Below, piece after piece: positions 10,057 through 19,664 of a stretch of 64,000 bases of DNA (position 1 is the first letter of the stretch; every line of letters begins with the position of its first letter). A program made the position numbers and the translations under genes. The notes beneath the pieces were generated by a model. The model was given only the letters and a program-made list of their open reading frames with translations. It did not search any database and was not told the DNA's origin. This DNA comes from Candidatus Thalassarchaeum betae (lineage in GTDB: Archaea > Thermoplasmatota > Poseidoniia > Poseidoniales > Thalassarchaeaceae): NCBI GenBank assembly GCA_003193925.1, contig PSPG01000007.1, positions 1 through 64,000 on the forward strand, read 5' to 3'.

Positions 10057-10073
10057 CGCCCCCTCTGGGGGCG
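10057..10073. terminator. GC hairpin after thiolase (terminator or operator)
   Basis: CGCCCCC-TCT-GGGGGCG about 10 nt after the stop codon; no U-tract. Confidence 0.35.
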
Positions 10074-10119
10074 ATTCGCGGTCATAGCCCTTATTTGGGA
10101 GTCTCCGGTCGCCCGGCCG

Positions 10120-10380
10120 ATGGTCAAGCCCGCAAGACCCCACACGCGCTTCGAGAAGGCGCGAATCATCGGCGCCAGAGCCCTGCAAATCAGCATGGGT
10201 GCGCCGCTGTTCGTCTCTGAGGACGAACTGCGCGAGCACTTCAGCGACGAATTGATCCAACTCTATGGCGTCGAGGAGGCCAAGTGGAGGGTCGTCCTCG
10301 ATCCGAACAAGATAGCGATGCTCGAGTACGAGGAGGACAGAATACCCATCGACGTCGACCCGCACACCGGCGGCGTTTGA
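10120..10380 (+). CDS. rpoK: DNA-directed RNA polymerase subunit K (Rpo6)
   Basis: [21 protein letters not shown] ... P.KIAMLEY...IPI signature. Confidence 0.96.
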   Translation: MVKPARPHTRFEKARIIGARALQISMGAPLFVSEDELREHFSDELIQLYGVEEAKWRVVLDPNKIAMLEYEEDRIPIDVDPHTGGV

Positions 10381-10458
10381 AGCCCCGAATCGGTTCGGGC
10401 AAGTCTATTTATCGAGTCGCCGGGGCCGTCTCAGGAGTGATTCTGCCTGCTCGACGGG

Positions 10459-11496
10459 ATGCAAGTCAAGCACTTGACGGGTGCCCTGATAGTGATCACC
10501 TTCCTAGTCATCGCGCTGGGTGGAGTCGTCCGAATATACGACGCAGGCGAGTCCTGCCCGGACTGGCCGACGTGCTTCGGAACCTGGGGCTTCGATGTCT
10601 CGGAAGCCGAGCAGGCGGTTTGGTACGAGGCCCATCCGGACGAAGTCGACTCGCGAGGCGCCGATCACAGGTACACGACCTTCCAATTATTCACCGAGTG
10701 GGCGCACAGGCTGCTGGCAGGGGTCGTGCTGGGCCCACTGGTACTGCTCAACTGGCTCCTGGTCAGGCGCGACGAGGAACTCGGCTCGGAAGCCAAGCTC
10801 GCCTCAAGCGTCGTGGTGGCTCTGATCGTCTGGCAGGGCGCAGTGGGCTGGTTGACTGTGAGGATGGACAACGAGCACTGGAGCGTGGCGTTGCATCTGG
10901 GCTCGGCCCTCGCTTTCATGCTCAGCCTGATATGGCTTTGGCTCGCGGCTGTCAGGGACAGATTCGAGCAGCCCGAATGGGCTACCTTCGACCCAGTGCT
11001 GGCACTCAAATGGAGGAGTCGGCTGGCTTGGCTCTCTGCGGCCACGCTGTTCACGCTGTTCTCCGGGGCCTTCGTCTCGACCACCGCCGGTGCGAACACC
11101 GGCTGCGGGGTGAACGGCCTGTATGACTCCTGGCCTCTGTGCAACGGGGAGCTCCTGCCGTCCATCGATGACTGGGTCCTGCAGTCGCAGGTGATTCACC
11201 GGTGGCTGGTCCTGGCCGTCGGGGTCGCTCTGCTGGTAGCGTCTTACCTGATCTGGAGGGAGGGAGAAGGCGGGCAGTGCGGCAGTACATTATGCAAGTG
11301 GATCTGGGGGTCCACCGGGCTGTATCTGGTCAACATAGTTATCGGGGCCTCCTACATCCTGTCATGGGACATGGTAGACGGCTATCTCGAGTACCTCTCG
11401 CTGGTTCACCTGGTGCTGGCCTCACTGGTGTTTCTCGTGCTTGCCACAGCCTGGCTAGGCTCGACAGTCGCAGCCCTCCAAGAGAGGAGATTGTGA
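10459..11496 (+). CDS. ctaA: Heme A synthase (COX15/CtaA)
   Basis: GESCPDWPTC, EWAHR, ALHL, GCG..WPLCNG, VIHR, LVHL; about 8 TM segments. Confidence 0.92.
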   Translation: MQVKHLTGALIVITFLVIALGGVVRIYDAGESCPDWPTCFGTWGFDVSEAEQAVWYEAHPDEVDSRGADHRYTTFQLFTEWAHRLLAGVVLGPLVLLNWLLVRRDEELGSEAKLASSVVVALIVWQGAVGWLTVRMDNEHWSVALHLGSALAFMLSLIWLWLAAVRDRFEQPEWATFDPVLALKWRSRLAWLSAATLFTLFSGAFVSTTAGANTGCGVNGLYDSWPLCNGELLPSIDDWVLQSQVIHRWLVLAVGVALLVASYLIWREGEGGQCGSTLCKWIWGSTGLYLVNIVIGASYILSWDMVDGYLEYLSLVHLVLASLVFLVLATAWLGSTVAALQERRL

Positions 11497-12536
11497 TGGG
11501 TGGTCTGGGTCCGTACTTCGAGCTGACCAAGCCACGTGTAGTGGTGCTGCTTCAGATCACTGCACTCTGTGCCGTATTGGTCCACGACATGCTCGATTCG
11601 GGTTCTCTAAGTATGGCTTCTGCTGAGACGATGCTGATCGTCTTCGTCGGGGGCTACCTGAGCGCCGGAGGCGCCAACGCGGTCAACATGTGGTACGACC
11701 GGGACATCGATCCGAAGATGTCGCGAACCGCCGATAGGCCGGTCCCCACGGGGGCGGTCTCTCCTAACGCGGCGCTGGGGTTCGGAGTCGCCCTGTCGAT
11801 GCTTGGGATAGCGTGGTTCGTTCTTCTTGCTAACCAAGTTGCCGCCTTCTGGTCGGCCTTCAGCATCCTGTTCTACGTCTTCGTCTACAGCATCTGGCTC
11901 AAGCGGACGACACCGCAGAACATCGTCATCGGCGGCATAGCCGGCTCGACACCGCCCGTCATCGGCTGGGCCGCCGCGGAGGGCGACCTGTCGCTTGCGA
12001 CTAACTCACTGGATTCGCTGATCGATTCCGTCTTTGACCTCGGCAGCCTGATGCCGTGGTTCATGTTCCTGCTGATCTTCCTGTGGACCCCTCCGCACTT
12101 CTGGGCCCTCGCCCTGTATCGCTCCGGGGAGTACGAAGAAGCAGGGATTCCAATGATGCCCAACGTGAAGGGGGGTAAGAGGACGTTGCGAGAGATGAAG
12201 GTCTACACTCTCCTTCTGATAGCCCTGTCTGTCGCTGCCCCAATGAGCTACGGCGGCTTGGATGAGGGGGACGTCATCTACCACGTCCTCGGATGGACCG
12301 TGGTCGGACTCAGCATATGGTACGCCTCCACCGTCTGGAGGATAGACCTAGACGAGCACCCCGACCCCAGTGGGAGGATTCCGAGCGCTGCTCGCTCGTT
12401 CTTCGTCTCGATTCTGTACCTCGCGATGATGTTCGTGGTGCTCGTCACCGCGAGTTTCGGTCTAGGAGGGGCGTTGGTGGGCGCAGTCCTGGTACTGGTG
12501 GCCATCCTTCGCAGCGAGACTCGGGCGAGGGCTTGA
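11496..12536 (+). CDS. ctaB: Protoheme IX farnesyltransferase (heme O synthase)
   Basis: YFELTKPRV, NMWYDRDIDPKMSRTADRP, LKRTTPQNIVIGG, LWTPPHFWALA; TGATG overlap with ctaA. Confidence 0.95.
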   Translation: MGGLGPYFELTKPRVVVLLQITALCAVLVHDMLDSGSLSMASAETMLIVFVGGYLSAGGANAVNMWYDRDIDPKMSRTADRPVPTGAVSPNAALGFGVALSMLGIAWFVLLANQVAAFWSAFSILFYVFVYSIWLKRTTPQNIVIGGIAGSTPPVIGWAAAEGDLSLATNSLDSLIDSVFDLGSLMPWFMFLLIFLWTPPHFWALALYRSGEYEEAGIPMMPNVKGGKRTLREMKVYTLLLIALSVAAPMSYGGLDEGDVIYHVLGWTVVGLSIWYASTVWRIDLDEHPDPSGRIPSAARSFFVSILYLAMMFVVLVTASFGLGGALVGAVLVLVAILRSETRARA

Positions 12537-12600
12537 GTTCCCCGATGGTTTCAAACACCTAGCGTGCCATGGGCGTTGCGTCGTAAAGCGAGATGAGGCA

Positions 12601-13857
12601 ATGGATGAGCAGGACCTGATTTACGATTGGAACAAGATAGACTACGAAATCGAACGTGACGCGTCGAGGCACCCGCACGAACTGTGGTTCGACGACGAGA
12701 CCCTGCGCGACGGTCTGCAGAGCCCCAGTGCGCGCAATCCGACGATAGAGCAGAAGATCGAGCTCGTCGACTTCATGGAGACTCTGGGCATTCAGAAGGT
12801 GGACCTTGGACTGCCCGGCGCCGGCCCGTTTCACATCGACCACATCGACGCCATGCTCTCGCACATGGGCGAGAACGGATACGCGCTACGCCCGGGCTGC
12901 GCCGTGCGCACTGTAGTCAGTGACATCGAGCCGCTCGTCGAGCTCCAAGCCAAGCACGAGCGGCGAATACAGGCCAGCGCCTTCCTCGGAACCAGCCCGA
13001 TCCGCCAGTATGCGGAGGGCTGGACGATGGATAAGATCCTCTCGACCGCGGAGAAGGCGGTCTCTTTCGCAGTCGACAACGACATTCCGGTGATGTTCGT
13101 CACCGAGGACACCACTCGCAGCAAGCCCGAGGAGATCAAGGCGGTCTACACCAGAGCGATGGAGCTCGGCGCTGACCGCATATGCGTGTGTGACACATGT
13201 GGGCACGTCACCCCTAACGGCGTGCGCAAGCTGCTCGCTTTCATACAGGACGAAGTCATACCCGATGCGGGTGTGAAGCGCCGTGACATCGAGGTCAACT
13301 GGCACGGGCACCAGGACCGTGGCCTCGGAGTCGCCAACAACCTAGCAGCTTACGAGGCCGGCGCTGATGTCATCCACGGTACTGCCCTGGGTGTCGGCGA
13401 GAGGGCTGGGAACGCACCTCTTGACCAGACTCTGGTCAACCTGAGCCTGATGGGCGTCATCAGCAACGACCTGACGGCCCTCAACGAGTACATGCGCAAG
13501 GCGCACGAGTACATCGAGGTAGCCCTGCCGAGGAACTACCCGGTGTTCGGCGAGGATGCCTTCGAGACCGGCACCGGAGTCCACGCATCGGCGGTGATTA
13601 AGGCGATGAAGAAGGGTGACCACTGGCTAGCAGACCGTGTTTACTCCGGGGTCCCGGCGGCCGACTACGGACTCCAGCAGGTGATCCGCATCGGGCACAT
13701 GAGCGGGCGCTCGAACATCATCTGGTGGCTGCAACAGAACGGCTACGAAGTGACGGACGACCTGATATCGCACATGCTCGAGGTCGCCAAGGGCCAACGC
13801 AGGCTGATGACCGACGGAGAGGTCCGCGCTGCCATCTCAGAGTTTCATGCCTCGTGA
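12601..13857 (+). CDS. LeuA-family DRE-TIM synthase (isopropylmalate/homocitrate/citramalate synthase), no C-terminal regulatory domain
   Basis: DETLRDGLQSP, EDTTRS, CDTCG, HGHQDRGLGVAN, GVGERAGNAPL, GVHASA, IGHMSGRSN. Confidence 0.85.
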   Translation: MDEQDLIYDWNKIDYEIERDASRHPHELWFDDETLRDGLQSPSARNPTIEQKIELVDFMETLGIQKVDLGLPGAGPFHIDHIDAMLSHMGENGYALRPGCAVRTVVSDIEPLVELQAKHERRIQASAFLGTSPIRQYAEGWTMDKILSTAEKAVSFAVDNDIPVMFVTEDTTRSKPEEIKAVYTRAMELGADRICVCDTCGHVTPNGVRKLLAFIQDEVIPDAGVKRRDIEVNWHGHQDRGLGVANNLAAYEAGADVIHGTALGVGERAGNAPLDQTLVNLSLMGVISNDLTALNEYMRKAHEYIEVALPRNYPVFGEDAFETGTGVHASAVIKAMKKGDHWLADRVYSGVPAADYGLQQVIRIGHMSGRSNIIWWLQQNGYEVTDDLISHMLEVAKGQRRLMTDGEVRAAISEFHAS

Positions 13858-13871
13858 AGCAGCGGCTTCAC
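13854..13871 (+). terminator. Hairpin overlapping the LeuA-family stop codon
   Basis: GTGAAGC-AGCG-GCTTCAC inverted repeat. Confidence 0.35.
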
Positions 13872-13897
13872 GCTTCAGACGAATGGCTAAATGGTGA

Positions 13898-16800
13898 ATG
13901 CAGTCGGGGTCGACCATGCGTACGGCACTTGCCGTCCTCCTCGTCCTACTAATCGCTCCCTTGGGGGGAGTTGCGTCGGGATCTCCGGGTGCTCCGGTCG
14001 ATCTCGAGATCGAAGGCGACGAGATCATGCCGACCTACTCGAGGTCGGTCCAATTGGGCTTCAACCGTGTGGAGGATCTAAACCAGTACACCGAGGAGCA
14101 GTTGTCTGAAACCAATGAGTGGCTCGTAGTCACTCGAGTGCCAATCCACAGGCACTTGTGGACCAAGGCGGCACCTGAGCTCAGTGAGCCCGCCCCCATC
14201 CTGCGTGGTGCATACATCTGGCACTTCGAGGAGCCACTGAAGGCGCTCCCGCAGTTACAGAAATCGCTGGAGGCAGGAGAGATTGAGTCGTTCTCGCCAC
14301 TCGTGCTGAAGAAGCAGAATCCGAGGACCATCCCCAACGACACCGACTTCGACGACCAGTGGCACCTCGAGAACACCGGCCAGACCAACGGCGTCTCCGG
14401 CGAGGACGCCAATGTGACCGGTGCCTGGGACACCTACACGGGCACGGGCGTGGTCATCAGCGTGGTCGACGACGGGCTTGACCACGCTCATGCAGACCTC
14501 AGCCCGAACTACTCCCCCCTACTGTCGTACGACTGGTGCAACGATGACGAAGACCCGAGCCCCTCCAGCTGGAACGGTCACGGGACAGCTGTCGCCGGCG
14601 TCGCCGCTGCGGTTGGCAACAACTCCCTCGACGTCACCGGCATCGCCTTCGACGCCACCATCGCGGGCTCGACGCTCATCGCCTGCTGGGCCGGGGACTC
14701 GCTCGAGGCGGATGCGCTTAGCTACGAGAACGACGACATCGACATCTACACCAACTCATGGGGACCGGTCGACGACGGTCAGACCCTCGAGGCCCCCGGG
14801 CCGCTGACGCTCGCGGCCTTCGAGTACGACGCCTACCAGGGGCGTGAGGGCCTAGGCAACGTGATCACCTGGGCCGCCGGCAACGGGCTGGGCTCCAATG
14901 ACAACTCGAACTACGACGGCTACGCCAACAGCCGCTACACCATCGCCGTGACAGCGATCAACCACAACGGCGAGCAATCTTACTACGCCGAGCCCGGTGC
15001 CAACATCCTGGTCGCCGCTTACTCGAACGGAGACGGCGAGGGGATTACCACCACTGACATCACGGGCTCGGGCGGCTACAGCAACGGCAACGTGACGCAT
15101 GACTTCGGCGGCACTTCGAGCGCCACGCCCCTAGCCGCCGGCATCATTGCGCTAATCCTCGACGCCAACGGGAACCTGACTTGGAGGGACGTACAGCACG
15201 TCCTCGTCAACAGCGCGCGCATGAACGATGCTAGCGACTCGTCATGGGAGCTCAATGGGGGCGGGCACGACGTCTCCCACAAGTACGGCTTCGGAGTGGT
15301 CGATGGCGGCGCAGCGGTATCCGTCGCAGAGAACTGGCAGAACGTGGGAGAGGAGCTCAACGCCACCTACGGCCCGTACACGCCGTCCATCGACATCCCG
15401 GACGATTCGACCGGCTGGACCGAGGTGACGACCGTCGTGACCCAGGAGTACTCACTCGAGAGCGTCGACGTGGCCGTCGACATCTCACACACTGCCCGGG
15501 GCGATCTCGACATCGTGCTGGTCTCGCCCTCGGGAACGGAGTCGTGGCTGGCCGAGTCGCGCAACGACAACGGCAACCACTACTCCGACTGGATGTTCAG
15601 CACCGTCAGGCACTGGGACGAGTCATCGCTCGGGACCTGGACGCTGAAGGTCCGGGACACCGATTCGGGCACTAACGGCACCCTGAACTCGTGGGAGCTC
15701 ATCCTGCACGGTGTCGACGTGGACTACGACCACGATGACGACGGGCTGTCCGACGAGAACGAGACGCTGGTCTACGGAACCGATCCCTACAACCCAGACA
15801 CCGACGGTGACGGTCTGAACGACTACGACGAGGTCATGGTCTACGGAACCAACCCGCTGCTCACCGACACTGACCTCGACGGGCTTACCGACGCAGCCGA
15901 GGTGTTCAGCACCGGCACGGACCCGCTCGATTCGGACACCGACGACGACGGTCTCAGCGACGGTGCCGAGGTGAACTACTGGCTGAGCGACCCGCTGGTC
16001 TACGACCCGGACGCGGACTCGGACCTGTTCTACCACTTCAACGACTGCAACGACACTAATCCCGACGTCAACCCGGGCAAACCCGAACTGCTGAACGGGA
16101 TCGACGACGACTGCGACGACTATATCGACGAGGGTTACAACTTCACCGACAGGGACAATGACGGCCTTATGGACTGGGACGAGTACCACGTCCACGGAAC
16201 CGACTACATGGACGAAGACACCGACGACGACGGTCTTTATGACGGCGAGGAGGTCAACATTTTCGCCTCTATGGGGGCGGACCCGCTGGTTTACGACCCG
16301 GATGACGACAATGACAGCTGGTACTGGTTCCAAGACTGCGACGACGAAGACGGAGAGCGCTCGCCGGGACATCCCGAGTTACTCGACGGCTTAGACAATG
16401 ACTGCGACTTCCTGATCGACGAGGACTACTGGACACTGGACACGGACAACGACGGACTCTACGACTACGACGAGTTCCACAACATCACCACCGACCCGCT
16501 CGACGGCGACAGCGACGGTGACGGCCTTCCTGACGGTTTGGAGTACAACGAATACGCCTCGCTGGGAGCCGATCCGCTGGTCTACGACCCAGACGCGGAC
16601 AGCGACGGCTGGTACTGGTTCCAAGACTGCGACGACAACGACTCCGACCGCTCTCCGTCCAAGCCGGAGGTGCTCGACGCCAAGGACAACGACTGCGACG
16701 GGGTCGTCGACGAGGACTTCTTTGAGCTCGACAGCGACGGTGACGGTCTGACAGACTATGAGGAGTACCACAACGTCACCAGCAACCCAGGGCTCGCCGA

Positions 16801-17674
16801 CAGTGACGGCGACGGTCTGTCTGACGGTTACGAGGTCAAGGTGACCGGCTCCGACCCGGTGAAATTCAACTTCGACAGGGATGAAGACGGGTTCTACGAC
16901 TTCGAGGACTGCGAGGACCTGGTGGACACGATCAACCCCGACGGCATCGAGGCGTGGAACGGCTGGGACGACGACTGCAACGATGCAGTGGATGACGGAC
17001 TGGACCGACGCACTCTGGTGACTACCGAGCCGGACTTCAAGCGCGTTTACGCCTGGGACGCCGTCAATGACACTCTAGTGCTGACGATGAGCGCCATCCC
17101 ACCTCAGGTCGAGGCAAGTATCTCCTGGCAGTTCGGGGACTTCACCCTGACCGACAATGTGAGTTCTGACGGCAAGACGGTGGTCATACGGCCGATTGAC
17201 TGCGAGGTGCGCAACGGCACCCTGACGATCTACCTGTGCGACCAAGGGAGCGGTCCCCAGCAGGTCACTGCGACCATGGTGGACTCCGGGATCACCACCG
17301 TATTCGTCTGGGACCTCGACATGGAGGTCTGGATCCCTCCACCGACCCTGCTCGAGAGACTGTTCTCTTTCATCGTCAGCCCCATTGGCATCGTTGTCAC
17401 CCTCGTGCTGCTGCTGACCGTCCTAGTCGGTGGTGTTTACGCTGGAATGAGGTTCTCGCACAACCGCAAACTCAAGGACGCCTACCAGGCATACGACCTG
17501 AAGTCCGAGAAGTTCGCCCTCTCGCCCGAGCTCGGGCAGTACGAGCTGCCATCAGCGCCGGACCTAGGCTCGCTGATAGGGCAACAGAACACCCCCGTCG
17601 AGCTCCCTCCATTGCCTGCTCGCCCGGTCGAGGAGAGCGAAGACGGCATACCGAGAGCGCCGGACTTGGACTGA
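13898..17674 (+). CDS. Membrane-anchored S8B (kexin/furin-like) serine protease with P-domain and Ca-binding repeat stalk
   Basis: Signal peptide (possible start 13916); triad VVDDG, HGTAVAG, GTSSATP, oxyanion WAAGNG; P-domain (RGDLDIVLVSPSGT...GTWTLKV); DxDxDGLxD and DCDD..DNDCD repeats; C-terminal TM. Confidence 0.93.
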   Translation: MQSGSTMRTALAVLLVLLIAPLGGVASGSPGAPVDLEIEGDEIMPTYSRSVQLGFNRVEDLNQYTEEQLSETNEWLVVTRVPIHRHLWTKAAPELSEPAPILRGAYIWHFEEPLKALPQLQKSLEAGEIESFSPLVLKKQNPRTIPNDTDFDDQWHLENTGQTNGVSGEDANVTGAWDTYTGTGVVISVVDDGLDHAHADLSPNYSPLLSYDWCNDDEDPSPSSWNGHGTAVAGVAAAVGNNSLDVTGIAFDATIAGSTLIACWAGDSLEADALSYENDDIDIYTNSWGPVDDGQTLEAPGPLTLAAFEYDAYQGREGLGNVITWAAGNGLGSNDNSNYDGYANSRYTIAVTAINHNGEQSYYAEPGANILVAAYSNGDGEGITTTDITGSGGYSNGNVTHDFGGTSSATPLAAGIIALILDANGNLTWRDVQHVLVNSARMNDASDSSWELNGGGHDVSHKYGFGVVDGGAAVSVAENWQNVGEELNATYGPYTPSIDIPDDSTGWTEVTTVVTQEYSLESVDVAVDISHTARGDLDIVLVSPSGTESWLAESRNDNGNHYSDWMFSTVRHWDESSLGTWTLKVRDTDSGTNGTLNSWELILHGVDVDYDHDDDGLSDENETLVYGTDPYNPDTDGDGLNDYDEVMVYGTNPLLTDTDLDGLTDAAEVFSTGTDPLDSDTDDDGLSDGAEVNYWLSDPLVYDPDADSDLFYHFNDCNDTNPDVNPGKPELLNGIDDDCDDYIDEGYNFTDRDNDGLMDWDEYHVHGTDYMDEDTDDDGLYDGEEVNIFASMGADPLVYDPDDDNDSWYWFQDCDDEDGERSPGHPELLDGLDNDCDFLIDEDYWTLDTDNDGLYDYDEFHNITTDPLDGDSDGDGLPDGLEYNEYASLGADPLVYDPDADSDGWYWFQDCDDNDSDRSPSKPEVLDAKDNDCDGVVDEDFFELDSDGDGLTDYEEYHNVTSNPGLADSDGDGLSDGYEVKVTGSDPVKFNFDRDEDGFYDFEDCEDLVDTINPDGIEAWNGWDDDCNDAVDDGLDRRTLVTTEPDFKRVYAWDAVNDTLVLTMSAIPPQVEASISWQFGDFTLTDNVSSDGKTVVIRPIDCEVRNGTLTIYLCDQGSGPQQVTATMVDSGITTVFVWDLDMEVWIPPPTLLERLFSFIVSPIGIVVTLVLLLTVLVGGVYAGMRFSHNRKLKDAYQAYDLKSEKFALSPELGQYELPSAPDLGSLIGQQNTPVELPPLPARPVEESEDGIPRAPDLD

Positions 17675-19057
17675 TTAGGACCATCTGGGGTCAGCCTCGC
17701 CCGCTTCGTCGTCCGCGATGTCATCATCGTTACGCCCCCACTCGGCGTCTGGCGAGCCGCCGGACCACTCTCCCAAGACTGAGATGTCCTCGACATCCTC
17801 GTCTTCGCGCCACGGCGGGTCGCCGTCGGAGCCACTGGTGACGAGACAGCCCTCGGGATCGAGTCTCTTCCTCAGCGTCTTAACACCGCGAGTCACCGGC
17901 AGGAGGTGTCCTATCGGGGTACCAGCGTTGACGAAAGGATGGGTGGCCGTGGAGATCAAGAGTCCCCTTGTCGGAGCGAGGACGTCGTAACCATCGCCCG
18001 GCCTCTCCGGATCGGTCACGGTAGCCACCGTCTCGCCCTTCTCGACGAAGCTGCCAGCCGGGGTCAGCACGTCCAGCAGGCCGCCTTGGTCGGAGCGGAT
18101 CCAGACCGAGCCTGAGGCCAGAATCCTGAATCTGGGACGGCTGGGGTATCCTGGTAGCACCTTGAGGCTGCGAAGCACGTTCAACACGCCGTAAATCGCC
18201 ACTTGCACGGACTCGGGGTCGGCCTCGTTCGGGCCACCGCCCTCGTAGGTGATGGCGCCGATACCGGAGTCGTTGGCCATTCTACGTAGAGAGCCCTTCG
18301 GGCCTTCGTTGTCGAGTATCGCCTCGATGCCGAAGGCCCTAGCGATTCTATTGCTGGCACGGTGGGCGAGGTTAGCGCGTATTTGCGGCATGTTGGTGCG
18401 ACCCACGGCGGCGGTGTGCAGGTCGATCACGTGGTCGCTGCCTGAGATGACCTTGTTCCACAGGCGGTGAGCCACCCTGGAGGTTGTGTTGCTGTCGGGC
18501 TTGCCGGGGAAACTGCGATTCAGATCCCTGCCGTCGGCCATGTACCTGCTCTGACGCCGATAGCCCGGGAGATTCACCACAGGGACGATCCGCAACGTGC
18601 CGGCCATGGCTGCAGGGTCGATCGCCTTGTCCTCGCCGAGGATGTTGGGGCCGCAGAGGTAAGTCAGGGCCAGCGGCCCGACGAGCTCGTTGCCGTGAAG
18701 AGCCCCTAGGATGGTGACCACTGGCCCGGGCCTGGCACCGTGGACCACGGTGATAGGAATGGGCCATGACTCCCCGATGTCGACTTCCAGCAAGTCGAAC
18801 TCGATCTGCCGGACGGTGCCGGGGTTGATTCTCTTCCTGAGGAACCTGTGATACTTCGGGCCGTCCTTCCTGGACCACCTCTTCGGTGTCCCGGAGCTGT
18901 CCTCGAGGGCCTTCTCGATCTCCTTCCTGCGGCTCTGGGGAATCTGATTGGCGACCTTCAGGGGCTGCGAGCGCCTGCGCTTGGCCCTCGGCGCCGCGGC
19001 CTCGGCGGGCTTGGCGGACTCCTTGTCATCTACATCTGAACGCTTGGCTGGCAACAA
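17675..19057 (-). CDS. Succinylglutamate desuccinylase/aspartoacylase (M14-like) family protein
   Basis: ALHGNELVG, RYMADGRDLNRSFPG, IDLHT, ITYEGGG; basic N-terminal and acidic C-terminal extensions. Confidence 0.9.
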   Translation of the reverse strand: MLPAKRSDVDDKESAKPAEAAAPRAKRRRSQPLKVANQIPQSRRKEIEKALEDSSGTPKRWSRKDGPKYHRFLRKRINPGTVRQIEFDLLEVDIGESWPIPITVVHGARPGPVVTILGALHGNELVGPLALTYLCGPNILGEDKAIDPAAMAGTLRIVPVVNLPGYRRQSRYMADGRDLNRSFPGKPDSNTTSRVAHRLWNKVISGSDHVIDLHTAAVGRTNMPQIRANLAHRASNRIARAFGIEAILDNEGPKGSLRRMANDSGIGAITYEGGGPNEADPESVQVAIYGVLNVLRSLKVLPGYPSRPRFRILASGSVWIRSDQGGLLDVLTPAGSFVEKGETVATVTDPERPGDGYDVLAPTRGLLISTATHPFVNAGTPIGHLLPVTRGVKTLRKRLDPEGCLVTSGSDGDPPWREDEDVEDISVLGEWSGGSPDAEWGRNDDDIADDEAGEADPRWS

Positions 19058-19140
19058 CCCACGGAGCAGGTCCTTCGATTAAGAGCATGCGTTCTCAGAA
19101 CTCTAGGAATTTTCATTTCCCAGTGGCCCTCCCCGGAGTC

Positions 19141-19617
19141 ATGGCAGGGGAGCGCGGCCCATCGGTGCAGGAGGAGCACGCACCGAACAGTATCTGCTTC
19201 GGTTGCGGTCCCGCTAACGAGAAGGGGCTCAGAATCCGCTCTTTCCGCTCCGAGGGAGGCTTGCAGATGGAATTCGCCCCCTGCGAGGAGCATCAGGCGT
19301 TCCCGGGCATGGTCAACGGTGGCATAATCGGCACTCTGCTAGACTGCCACGGTAACTGGACGGCAGCGATTGCACTGATGGATCAGGCAGGCGACTCAGA
19401 GGCGCCATGCACTGTCACGGCCTCCTACAGCATCCGGCTGAGAAGGCCTACTCCCTATGGCGTCATACTGCACGTCAGCTCCGAGGTCGAGGAGATAGGG
19501 GATGACAGGGCCAAGGTGCGATTGGCACTCACTGCAAATGGCGACCTGTGCGCCACCGGAGAGGGACTCTTCGTGGCGGTAAAGGAGGGGCATCCGGCCT
19601 TTCACCGTTGGAATTAG
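19141..19617 (+). CDS. PaaI-family hotdog thioesterase
   Basis: CFGCGPANEKGL, HQAFPGMVNGGIIGTLLDCH, VTASYSIRLRRPTP. Confidence 0.88.
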   Translation: MAGERGPSVQEEHAPNSICFGCGPANEKGLRIRSFRSEGGLQMEFAPCEEHQAFPGMVNGGIIGTLLDCHGNWTAAIALMDQAGDSEAPCTVTASYSIRLRRPTPYGVILHVSSEVEEIGDDRAKVRLALTANGDLCATGEGLFVAVKEGHPAFHRWN

Positions 19618-19664
19618 CGCTAACTCCTCGGCATCCTTTAGAACGGCCGAATCGAAGACCGTAC

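Noticed and set aside
11202-11495. N-terminal extension of ctaB overlapping ctaA
   Set aside because: Real start is the ATG at 11496 (TGATG coupling, GAGGAG SD); the extension is frame noise
15720-17000. Regular repeats that could suggest a CRISPR array or DGR
   Set aside because: In-frame, degenerate at third positions, and encode Ca-binding protein repeats; no cas or reverse transcriptase gene
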